Origin: a bacterium
Lineage (GTDB): Bacteria; Patescibacteriota; Minisyncoccia; UBA6257; JAGOQP01
Direction of reading: 5' to 3'
Length of the DNA: 64,000 bases
Assembly (NCBI GenBank): GCA_021812345.1
Contig: JAKANP010000003.1
Location: 82 to 64,081 of the forward strand
A program made the translations under genes and the position numbers. Shown piece after piece: positions 20,975 through 29,508 of this stretch (position 1 is its first letter; each line of letters starts with the position of its first letter). The notes under the pieces are model-generated. The model saw only the letters and a list, made by a program, of their open reading frames with translations. It searched no databases and had not been told where the DNA came from.

Positions 20975-23900
20975 ATGAGTTCAACAGATTTTGATTATTT
21001 AAAACTTAAGGTTCCTTCCCCCGAGGAAATTTTAGCTCAATCTTACGGAGAGGTCACAAAGCCGGAAACTATAAATTACAGAACACAACGTCCTGAAAAA
21101 GACGGTCTTTTTTCCGAAAGAATTTTCGGTCCGACAAAAGATTACAGGTGTTATTGCGGAAAATTTAAGGGCATAAGATATAAAGGGACGATCTGTGATA
21201 AATGCGGAGTGGAAGTCACCCGCGCTATCGTGAGGAGAGAAAGAATGGGGCATATTAAATTGGCCGCTCCGGTTACTCATGTTTGGTTTTTAAAAACCGG
21301 AAATTCAAAATTGGGAATATTCTTTGATGTTCCGTCGCATAAACTCGAGAAAGTTGTTTATTATGCCGCTTACATAATCACTTCAATCAATGAGGAAAAA
21401 AGAAAAGAAATTTTGGAAAATCTCTCCGAAGAATTCAAAGAAAAGAAAAGAGGATTAAAAGACAAAGCTTCCGATCTAAAAGTGATTGAAGACTCGTTCA
21501 ATCACTCGAAAGATTTTTTGTCGTCAATAAAATTAGGATATGTTTTGGGAGAGTCCGATTATTTTGAGTTTGCCAGAAAATTTGGAGATGTTTTTGAAGC
21601 CGGAAGCGGAGCGGAGGCTTTGAGAAAGATTTTGGAAAAAGTCAATTTGAAAAAAGAAATTTCGGAAACAGAAAAACAACTTGACGCGATTTCTAAAAAG
21701 AAAAACAGTATTCATGAAAAAAAGATTTTGCAGAAATTAAAAATTTTGCATTCTTTTTATAAAAACGATATCAGGCCGGAATGGATGATAATGACGGTTC
21801 TTCCTGTTTTGCCTCCGGATTTAAGACCAATGGTTGCTTTGGACGGAGGACGTTATGCGAGCTCCGATTTAAACGATCTTTACAGGAGAGTTATAAATCG
21901 CAATAACCGTCTTCAAAAGTTGATGGAATTAAGAGCGCCGGAAATTATTATAACGAACGAAAAAAGAATGCTCCAAGAAGCGGTTGACGCTTTAATAGAT
22001 AACACTGCCCGATTGGGAAGACAACAGCTTTCCAGCCAAAACAGGCCGCTTAAATCTTTGGCGGATATATTAAAAGGAAAACAGGGAAGATTCAGACAAA
22101 ATCTTTTGGGAAAAAGAGTTGATTATTCGGCGCGTTCGGTAATTGTTGTCGGCCCCGACTTAAAACTTAATGAATGCGGTATCCCCAAGAAAATGGCATT
22201 GGAACTTTTTAAACCGTTTGTTATCAAAGAAATTTTGGAAAGAGGAATGGCTCATAACATAAAAAATGCCAACCGCTTGATAGAGCAGGGAATCCCGGAA
22301 GTTTGGGAAATATTGGAAGAAGTCATCACCAACAAATCTGTTTTGTTAAATCGCGCTCCTACATTGCACAGATTAAGTGTTCAAGCATTCAAACCGGTTT
22401 TAATTGAAGATTTAGCAATAAGAGTTCCTCCAATGGCTTGCGCCGCTTTCAATGCCGACTTTGACGGAGACCAAATGGCCGTTCATTTGCCGCTTTCAAA
22501 AGAAGCTCAAAATGAATCTTGGGATAGAATGCTTTCTTCAAAAAATATCATCAAGCCGTCCAACGGAGAGCCTAGCGCTACTCCCGCTCAAGACGTAGTT
22601 TTAGGAGTTTATTATCTGACTAAAATCTTGGGAGAAGTTCAAGACGAATCCAAAATGAAAATTTACAACGATAAAAATGAAGCGCTGAAAGCGTTGGAAT
22701 TTGGATATATAAAAATCAACGAACCAATCAAAGTAGGTTTTCTAAAATCGGAAATAACTTCCGCCGGAAGATTGATTTTTAATGAAATTCTTCCGAAAGA
22801 ATTTGGATTTATTAATTCCGTGGCAGATAAAAAATTTCTATCTAATTTGGTTTCAAAACATATCAGCTTGTTCGGCTCTGAAAATACTTGGGAATTTTTG
22901 GATAGAATAAAAAAATTAGGTCTTGAATACGCCGCTTTATCGGGAATAACGTGGAGTATGTATGATTTGAAAATTCCAAAAGAGAAAAACGAAATTGTTC
23001 AAAAAGCTTATAAAGACGTTGAAGAAATAAGAAAACAATACGAAAACGGATTTTTGGATTCTTTGGAGAAAAAAGTGAGAACCGTAAGAGTTTGGGAAAA
23101 AGTAAAAGATGAAATTGCCAAACTTGTTCCAGGAGCCCTTTCTGAAACCAACCCGATATTTTACATTATTGATTCTAAAGCCAAGGGATCATGGGAGCAG
23201 GCAGTTCAGACCACGGGAATGAAGGGATTAGTCGCTAATCCTCAAGGACAGACGATAGAGCTTCCGGTTGTTTCTTCTTATAAAGAAGGGCTTTCGGTTT
23301 TGGAATTTTTTATAAACACTCACGGATTAAGAAAGGGATTAACCGATACCGCTTTAAAAACCGCTCAAGCGGGATATTTAACCAGAAGAATGGTTGACGT
23401 TTCTCAAGACATAATTATAGACAGCAAGGATTGTAAGACCAAAGAAGGTAGAACGATAGACAGAGAAAGCGGAGATAAATACGGATATAATTTTGCTCAA
23501 AGAATTTTTGGCAGAGTTTTGGCTCAAGATGTAAAAGAAGGAAATAAAATTATTGCTTCATCCGGAGAGGATATAACCAAAGAACTCGCCGAAAAAATAT
23601 TCAATTCTTCCGCCGATAAAGTTGTTGTCCGTTCTCCTATAACCTGCAAATCTCTTCATGGTGTTTGCGCCAAATGTTACGGACTTGATTTAGGACGCCT
23701 TGAAGAAGTTAAAGAAGGAGAAGCGGTGGGAATTATTGCCGCTCAATCAATAGGAGAGCCGGGAACTCAGCTTACTTTAAGAACTTTCCATACCGGAGGA
23801 GTTGCCGGCCAGGATATAACTTTGGGACTGCCCAGAATCGAGGAAGTTTTCGAGGCGCGTCCTCCCAAAGGAAGAGCGGCTCTCGCCGAAGAAGATGGAA

Positions 23901-24577
23901 TTGTTCAAGATATAGAAGAAACCATGTTTTTAAGATCTATTAAAGTAAAAGTCCATGGAAAAACATCTTCAAAATCAAAATCCAAATCAAAAATAAAAGA
24001 ATATTCCGCTCCAAGGAATGTTAGTTTATTTGTTAATATTGGAGATAAAGTTAAAAAAGGACAACAATTATTCGAAGGAAACTTGGATATAAAAGAACTT
24101 TTTAAATTGAGAGGAATGGAAGAGGCTCAGAAATATATCATCAATGAAGTTCAAAAAATATATATTTCCAACGGAAATGTCATTAATGACAAACACATCG
24201 AATTGATTGTAAGACAAATGTTTGCCAGAGTAACAATTAAAGAATCGGGAGATACGGATCTTGTCCCGGGACAAGTAATTGAAAAAGGAAGATTCTTGGA
24301 GATTAACAGACGAATGAAGGGTGAGGGGAAGAGTCCCGCTAAGGCAAAGCAGCTTTTAATGGGAATAACCCGATCCGCTTTATCAACCGATAGTTTTCTT
24401 TCAGCCGCTTCTTTCCAGGAAACCGCCAGAGTGTTGGTTAATGCCGCTACCGAAGCCAAAGTTGATAGAATAAGAGGACTAAAAGAAAATGTTATTATCG
24501 GAAAACTAATCCCTGCCGGAACCGGATATGTCAATAATCAAAAAATGAAAGATTCGGAAAAAAACGATGAAGAATGA
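20975..24577 (+). CDS. rpoC: RNA polymerase beta' subunit
   Basis: NADFDGDQMAVH, KPETINYRT, QSIGEPGTQLT. Confidence 0.99.
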   Translation: MSSTDFDYLKLKVPSPEEILAQSYGEVTKPETINYRTQRPEKDGLFSERIFGPTKDYRCYCGKFKGIRYKGTICDKCGVEVTRAIVRRERMGHIKLAAPVTHVWFLKTGNSKLGIFFDVPSHKLEKVVYYAAYIITSINEEKRKEILENLSEEFKEKKRGLKDKASDLKVIEDSFNHSKDFLSSIKLGYVLGESDYFEFARKFGDVFEAGSGAEALRKILEKVNLKKEISETEKQLDAISKKKNSIHEKKILQKLKILHSFYKNDIRPEWMIMTVLPVLPPDLRPMVALDGGRYASSDLNDLYRRVINRNNRLQKLMELRAPEIIITNEKRMLQEAVDALIDNTARLGRQQLSSQNRPLKSLADILKGKQGRFRQNLLGKRVDYSARSVIVVGPDLKLNECGIPKKMALELFKPFVIKEILERGMAHNIKNANRLIEQGIPEVWEILEEVITNKSVLLNRAPTLHRLSVQAFKPVLIEDLAIRVPPMACAAFNADFDGDQMAVHLPLSKEAQNESWDRMLSSKNIIKPSNGEPSATPAQDVVLGVYYLTKILGEVQDESKMKIYNDKNEALKALEFGYIKINEPIKVGFLKSEITSAGRLIFNEILPKEFGFINSVADKKFLSNLVSKHISLFGSENTWEFLDRIKKLGLEYAALSGITWSMYDLKIPKEKNEIVQKAYKDVEEIRKQYENGFLDSLEKKVRTVRVWEKVKDEIAKLVPGALSETNPIFYIIDSKAKGSWEQAVQTTGMKGLVANPQGQTIELPVVSSYKEGLSVLEFFINTHGLRKGLTDTALKTAQAGYLTRRMVDVSQDIIIDSKDCKTKEGRTIDRESGDKYGYNFAQRIFGRVLAQDVKEGNKIIASSGEDITKELAEKIFNSSADKVVVRSPITCKSLHGVCAKCYGLDLGRLEEVKEGEAVGIIAAQSIGEPGTQLTLRTFHTGGVAGQDITLGLPRIEEVFEARPPKGRAALAEEDGIVQDIEETMFLRSIKVKVHGKTSSKSKSKSKIKEYSAPRNVSLFVNIGDKVKKGQQLFEGNLDIKELFKLRGMEEAQKYIINEVQKIYISNGNVINDKHIELIVRQMFARVTIKESGDTDLVPGQVIEKGRFLEINRRMKGEGKSPAKAKQLLMGITRSALSTDSFLSAASFQETARVLVNAATEAKVDRIRGLKENVIIGKLIPAGTGYVNNQKMKDSEKNDEE

Positions 24578-24643
24578 TAAATCCATTATTTAACTTGCAA
24601 ATCCGATAAAATCCGTGCTATTGTATAAAAAATTTAAAACACA

Positions 24644-25057
24644 ATGAAAGAAGAAAAAAACAAAAAAGAATACGAATTGTCTTTTTGGCTCAAAGAAGGG
24701 GCTCCTTTAAACAAGGTTGAATCAATGTTAAATACAACCGGAGTCAAAATAACCTACAATTCCGAGGCAAAAAGAAGCCGTCTTTCTTATCCAATCAAAA
24801 AAGAGACCGAGGGCTATTTCGGATTTATTCATTTTAATGGAGATGAACAAGATACCAAATTAATCGCCCATGAATTGAAAGTTGATCCGGAGGTTTTAAG
24901 GTTTTTAATCTCTAAAAATCCCATAAAAAAATCGGAGCCAAGAGATATAAGAAGACAAATTCCCGAAGCAAAATTCATTCAAAAAATTGAAGAGAAGCCG
25001 TCGGATCTTGTAACCAATGAAGAATTGGAAAGAAAATTGGAAGAAATATTAAAATAA
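24644..25057 (+). CDS. rpsF: 30S ribosomal protein S6
   Basis: YEL, LSYPIKK..EGY, VLRFL; rpsF-ssb-rpsR order. Confidence 0.9.
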   Translation: MKEEKNKKEYELSFWLKEGAPLNKVESMLNTTGVKITYNSEAKRSRLSYPIKKETEGYFGFIHFNGDEQDTKLIAHELKVDPEVLRFLISKNPIKKSEPRDIRRQIPEAKFIQKIEEKPSDLVTNEELERKLEEILK

Positions 25058-25101
25058 AAAGTCGGCACAATATTTAATTCTTCGTTTTTTAAATTTAATT
25101 T

Positions 25102-25581
25102 ATGAATTTAAACAAAGTATTCATTATCGGAAGAATAACAAACGATATCGTTTTGAAAGCAACCAGCACTAATCAAGCGGTAACCAGTTTTAATGTGGCG
25201 ACTAACAGAGTTTGGACTGATAAATCCGGACAGAAACAGGAAGAAGCCGAATTTCACTCCGTGGTTGTTTGGGGAAGACAAGCGGAATTGGCGAGCCAAT
25301 TCCTTTCAAAAGGAAGCTTAGTGCTTATTGAAGGAAGATTAAAGACAAGAAGTTGGAAGGATACCAATAATCAGAACCATAAGGTAACAGAAATAATTTG
25401 CGAAAGAATGCAATTTGGTCCCAAATCACAAAATTCCGGATCAAATTCTTTCCGTCAGCAATCCGCTTCTTATGGCAAATCCAGCGTTAAAGAGGTTGAA
25501 ACTCAGGATGAAGAGATCCCTCAAATTTCAATGGATGAATCTCTTGAAGATGAAATAAAGCCCGAAGATCTTCCTTTTTAG
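25102..25581 (+). CDS. ssb: Single-stranded DNA-binding protein
   Basis: NKVFIIGR, EGRLKTRSW, acidic DLPF tail. Confidence 0.97.
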   Translation: MNLNKVFIIGRITNDIVLKATSTNQAVTSFNVATNRVWTDKSGQKQEEAEFHSVVVWGRQAELASQFLSKGSLVLIEGRLKTRSWKDTNNQNHKVTEIICERMQFGPKSQNSGSNSFRQQSASYGKSSVKEVETQDEEIPQISMDESLEDEIKPEDLPF

Positions 25582-25602
25582 AATTAATTTTAAAAATATT
25601 TT

Positions 25603-25803
25603 ATGAAACAATGTTATTTTTGTTCGCAAAATTTAAAAGATGTTGATTTTAAAGATAGCGCTTTGTTGAGACGCTTTATTTCTTCTCAAGGGAAAATTAT
25701 TGATCCTCAGCATACCAACACCTGCGCTAAACATCAGAGAAAATTGGCTAAAGCCATAAAACGCGCCCGAAATATGGGGGTAGTTTCAGCGGTTAGAAAA
25801 TAA
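25603..25803 (+). CDS. rpsR: 30S ribosomal protein S18 (Zn-binding type)
   Basis: CYFC...DFKD...GKI...CAKHQR. Confidence 0.95.
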   Translation: MKQCYFCSQNLKDVDFKDSALLRRFISSQGKIIDPQHTNTCAKHQRKLAKAIKRARNMGVVSAVRK

Positions 25804-25851
25804 ATTGATATTTTTTGAAGAGTTTTTTTGTTTTTTAATTAAATATTTTTT

Positions 25852-26436
25852 ATGTTTTCGCTTGATATTTCTCTTTTTTATTTTTTATTCAATCTTGGCC
25901 AAAGCTTAAAAATTAATTGGCTTTTTATTTTTTTTGCGTCTTATCTTCCGTATTTTATAGGATTTGCATTTTTGTATTTGATTTATAAAACAAAAGACGT
26001 TAAGAAAAAGCTTTATTATTTCAGTTTTGCCGTTTTGACTTCAATTTTAAGTCTTGCATTGATTACTCAAACCATAAGATTTTTTTTCCATCATCTCAGA
26101 CCGTTTATTGCTTTAAATCTAACTCCCATGATTGTTGATAATTCATGGTCGTTTCCTTCCGGACATTCGGCCTTCTTTTTTGCCGTCGCTTTTTCAACAT
26201 TTTTAATCAGTAAAAAATGGGGGTGGATTTTGACCGGCTCCACGATTATCGTTGTTATTTCAAGAATCATTGTCGGTGTTCATTGGCCTTCCGATATTTT
26301 GGGTGGGGCAATTGTTGCTTATATTTCATTTGCTGTCTTTTATTATTGGCTTCTGCCACCTCAGAAAATTATTTTTTCTTCCGAAAATAAAGAGAAAGAC
26401 AACTCAAAAGACCTGGCTTTAATCCAAGAAAAATAA
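25852..26436 (+). CDS. PAP2 family phosphatase (undecaprenyl-PP phosphatase-like)
   Basis: RP, SFPSGH, SRIIVGVHWPSD motifs. Confidence 0.9.
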   Translation: MFSLDISLFYFLFNLGQSLKINWLFIFFASYLPYFIGFAFLYLIYKTKDVKKKLYYFSFAVLTSILSLALITQTIRFFFHHLRPFIALNLTPMIVDNSWSFPSGHSAFFFAVAFSTFLISKKWGWILTGSTIIVVISRIIVGVHWPSDILGGAIVAYISFAVFYYWLLPPQKIIFSSENKEKDNSKDLALIQEK

Positions 26437-26465
26437 AACATCTTATGCAAGATGTTTTATTTTTG
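26429..26465 (+). terminator. Intrinsic terminator, probably bidirectional
   Basis: AATAAAACATCTT-atgc-AAGATGTTTTATT followed by a T run. Confidence 0.65.
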
Positions 26466-26551
26466 AAATGTAAAAAAGAAACTAAAAAAAAGAAACTAAA
26501 AAATATAAAACTAATTCTTTTAAGACCAATTAATTAGCAAAAAATAAATTT

Positions 26552-27106
26552 TTATTCTTTTTTGTTACAAACCTCAATTGCTTTTCGGATAATAACCCTG
26601 TCTTTTTCTTTTTCCTCTTCAGAAAGTTCGGCATAAGGCTTGTTTTGTTCTGCTGGAGCCCAACTTCCATTTCTCTCCAACCATTTGTCATGAAGCGTAG
26701 AGCTGGCGGCTTCGATAAATAATTCGTCGAGTAGTGTGCCGGCCTCAATGGCTTTTTCAACTTCAGTTACTGCAATTTCAGCAGAAATTTTATTTTCTCC
26801 CTGCCATTCGCTTGGTAAACCCTCGTAAGGAGTGTTGGCAATGTCAACTTCTACCGCCCCACCATGAACTTGTGACCATGCTTTATCTTTTGTCTTTTTT
26901 ATTCTCGGTTCATAATCTTTTGACTCTTCTCTCCAGCGAGGTTTACGCCACTCTTCATGAAGTTGGCTACCGAGGATAGCAATTCTTTCAGCTGTTTTAT
27001 TAAATTTTTCCTCCCTTTGTTTGCTTGCCTCTCTTTGTTCATCGGTCATCATCTCTTCGGCTTTTGTCAATTCTTCCGATGACGGATTGTATTTTTCCAT
27101 GGACAT
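26552..27106 (-). CDS. RyR-repeat-like hypothetical protein
   Basis: Two internal repeats LHEEW...PYEGLPSEWQGEN and LHDKW...PYAELSEEEKEKDR. Confidence 0.7.
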   Translation of the reverse strand: MSMEKYNPSSEELTKAEEMMTDEQREASKQREEKFNKTAERIAILGSQLHEEWRKPRWREESKDYEPRIKKTKDKAWSQVHGGAVEVDIANTPYEGLPSEWQGENKISAEIAVTEVEKAIEAGTLLDELFIEAASSTLHDKWLERNGSWAPAEQNKPYAELSEEEKEKDRVIIRKAIEVCNKKE

Positions 27107-27224
27107 ATTTTTCTTTCTTAATAATTAACTTGTCAATTTTTATAGAAAGTTGACTAGACTTTATATAAATTTATTTGCGCCGTTGATTTATTTTTTTCTC
27201 CAAAACTATTTAATTTTTCTTACA

Positions 27225-27377
27225 TGGTGCCCGGGGAGAGACTCGCCTACAAATCCTCCCTCGTCAGTCACTCGGTCGGCTCGCAGGCCACCCCTCGTCC
27301 CGACTTATCGGGACTGCGGTCTTCAAGTCCTCCACGCAAGCAGAGCGGTCTGCTTGCTCCAGTCACTAACTTCGTTA
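27225..27377 (-). mobile_element. tRNA-associated structured element ending in a duplicated tRNA-Leu 3' end
   Basis: 27225-27245 on minus = CGAGTCTCTCCCCGGGCACCA, a copy of the tRNA 3' end plus CCA; several internal hairpins. Confidence 0.7.
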
Positions 27378-27378
27378 G

Positions 27379-27462
27379 TGCCCGGGGAGAGACTCGAACT
27401 CTCAAGACCTTGCGATCACAGGATTTTGAGTCCTGCGTGTCTACCAGTTCCACCACCCGGGC
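27379..27462 (-). tRNA. tRNA-Leu(CAA)
   Basis: GCCCGGG acceptor, CAGGA-CTCAAAA-TCCTG anticodon arm, long variable arm, GTTCGAGTC T-loop. Confidence 0.95.
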
Positions 27463-27520
27463 ATATTTAAGCTATCTATTATTTTTTATTATTAACAATG
27501 AGCGAAGTCAAGGCGGGCGG

Positions 27521-27555
27521 GAGTCCTGCGCGTCTGCCAATTCCGCCACCCCGGC
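27521..27555 (-). pseudogene. Orphan 5' half of a tRNA-Leu
   Basis: GCCGGGGTGGCGGAATTGGCAGACGCGCAGGACTC, ending in the anticodon loop. Confidence 0.75.
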
Positions 27556-27625
27556 TTTTTTCTTAATTTGTAAATTGATAATACCTCGTTTTTTGGCTAT
27601 AATCAACTTGTTAAATATAAAATTT

Positions 27626-28438
27626 ATGACTCGAGTTATCGCTGTTTGTAATCAAAAAGGTGGAGTCGGAAAAACAACAACCTCAATAAATCTTGGCGGT
27701 TATTTAGCGGCTTTGGGAAAAAAAGTTTTAATTATTGATTTTGATCCGCAAGGAAACGCATCTTCGGGATTGGGATTTTCTCCAAGATTTTTAAAAGAAA
27801 GTGTTTACCATGCCTTGTTCGGATATGCTCATCATGAATCGGTTATAAAACAATCTTCTTTAATAAATCTTCACGTGATGCCGGCAAGTCCGGATTTGGC
27901 AGGAGCGCTGGTGGAGCTGGTTGATGTTCCGGAAAGAGAATTTGTTTTAAAAAAATTAATCAATCGTTTGCGTCATGATTATCACTACATACTCATAGAT
28001 CTTCCGCCCAGCTTGAGTTTACTGACTGTTAACGGATTAGTTGCTTCCGATGAGGTTCTAGTGCCTATTCAAGCCGAATATTACAGCTTGGAGGGCTTGG
28101 GACAGCTTTTGGAAACGATAGAAATGATAAATAAGAATTTAATGACCGATATAAAAGTAACCGGAGCCATAATTACCATGTTTAATAAAAGAGAAACCTT
28201 AAGCCGAGAAGTTGCCCGTGATGTGAGGCGTCATTTTCCTTATCATGTTTTTCAAGTTGAAATTCCTCGTTCAATTTCTCTGGCTGAAAGTCCGAGTTTT
28301 TCAAAGCCGGTTATTCTTTATGATCCGTCTTCTCCCGGAGCCAGAGCTTATGAAACGTTGGCAAGAGAAGTTATCGCTCAAGAAAAAAATGAATACGGCG
28401 CGATGTTGAATAGCGGATTTGGAAGCGTTATTATGTGA
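27626..28438 (+). CDS. parA: Chromosome partitioning ATPase ParA/Soj
   Basis: NQKGGVGKTTT, DFDPQGNAS, IDLPPSL; start at MTRVIAV. Confidence 0.95.
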   Translation: MTRVIAVCNQKGGVGKTTTSINLGGYLAALGKKVLIIDFDPQGNASSGLGFSPRFLKESVYHALFGYAHHESVIKQSSLINLHVMPASPDLAGALVELVDVPEREFVLKKLINRLRHDYHYILIDLPPSLSLLTVNGLVASDEVLVPIQAEYYSLEGLGQLLETIEMINKNLMTDIKVTGAIITMFNKRETLSREVARDVRRHFPYHVFQVEIPRSISLAESPSFSKPVILYDPSSPGARAYETLAREVIAQEKNEYGAMLNSGFGSVIM

Positions 28439-28471
28439 GTGCTGGATATTTGTTAAATTTATTTTTAATTT

Positions 28472-29479
28472 ATGTTAGGAAAAGGACTAGAATCTTTAAT
28501 TCCAAAGAAAAATTCATCCTCCGGCCAGTTTTCCGGAGATGATTTTCAGAATGGAGGTTTTGCAGGTGATGATAAAAAATCTTCATCGGATTTAAATTTA
28601 AAAAAAGAAAACCAATTATCTCAAGAGCAGACAAATAATTCTATCAGTAATGAGCCAAAAATATCGGGTCCGATTTTTTATATTGAAGTCGATAAAATAA
28701 TTTTGAATCCATATCAACCGAGAAAAGAATTTGATCAGGAAGCATTAAAAGAACTTTCTATTTCAATCAGAGAATTTGGCATACTTCAACCCTTAGTGGT
28801 GTCAAAAATTGAAGAAGAAACTGAAACTGGAACGAAAGTTTCCTATCAATTAATTGCCGGTCAAAGAAGGCTTATGGCTTCAAAAATCGCCGGACTAAAA
28901 ACCGTTCCCGTTGTTATCAGAAATGCTCTTAAAAAAACCGAAGCCTTGGAAATGGCGATAGTGGAAAACATTCAACGCGCCGATTTAAACACCATAGAAA
29001 CCGCCCGCGCCTACTCGCGACTGTCGGATGAGTTTGGGTTGACTCAAAGAGAAATTGCCGCTCGTCTTGGAAAGAGTAGGGAAGTTATTGCTAATGCTTT
29101 GCGTCTTTTATCCTTACCGACGGAGATCCAAGAGGCGATTTCAAAAGGAAAAATAAACGAAAGCCATGCGCGTCTGCTTTTGCAAGTAGAAGAGCCGGAT
29201 AAACAAATGGATATTTTTAATAAAATTATCAATGATAATTTGGGAGTTCGCGACATTCGTTTGCATATTAAGCAAAATAAAGGAATTGATTCCAAAGAAA
29301 AATCAATAACAGCCGAAGATTTGGAATTAAAACGTCTCGAAAAAGACCTTTCCGAATTTTTAGGCGCTCCAGTTAATGTGGAATTTTCCCGGGCAGGAGG
29401 GAAAATAGTGATTCATTTCTATTCTCCTGAAGAAGCCAAAGGAATTGCCAATAAAATAAAACCTGAAGATTTAATTTAA
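28472..29479 (+). CDS. parB: ParB/Spo0J
   Basis: LGKGL, NPYQPRK, IAGQRR, ENIQRADL, HTH. Confidence 0.95.
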   Translation: MLGKGLESLIPKKNSSSGQFSGDDFQNGGFAGDDKKSSSDLNLKKENQLSQEQTNNSISNEPKISGPIFYIEVDKIILNPYQPRKEFDQEALKELSISIREFGILQPLVVSKIEEETETGTKVSYQLIAGQRRLMASKIAGLKTVPVVIRNALKKTEALEMAIVENIQRADLNTIETARAYSRLSDEFGLTQREIAARLGKSREVIANALRLLSLPTEIQEAISKGKINESHARLLLQVEEPDKQMDIFNKIINDNLGVRDIRLHIKQNKGIDSKEKSITAEDLELKRLEKDLSEFLGAPVNVEFSRAGGKIVIHFYSPEEAKGIANKIKPEDLI

Positions 29480-29508
29480 AAAAACCGGCTTTATGATGCC
29501 GGTTTTTT
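29479..29508. terminator. Bidirectional intrinsic terminator
   Basis: AAAAAACCGGC-loop-GCCGGTTTTTT between convergent parB and relA. Confidence 0.8.

Noticed and set aside
26473-26502. AAAAAAGAAACTAA tandem duplication
   Set aside because: Two copies of low-complexity A-rich sequence; simple slippage explains it.
27224-27625. N-terminal extension of ParA in the ORF track
   Set aside because: It runs antisense through the tRNA and its element; ParA homology starts at ATG 27626.
27866-27881. parS site within parA (TTCACGTGA)
   Set aside because: Only the core matches TGTTTCACGTGAAACA; the flanks do not.
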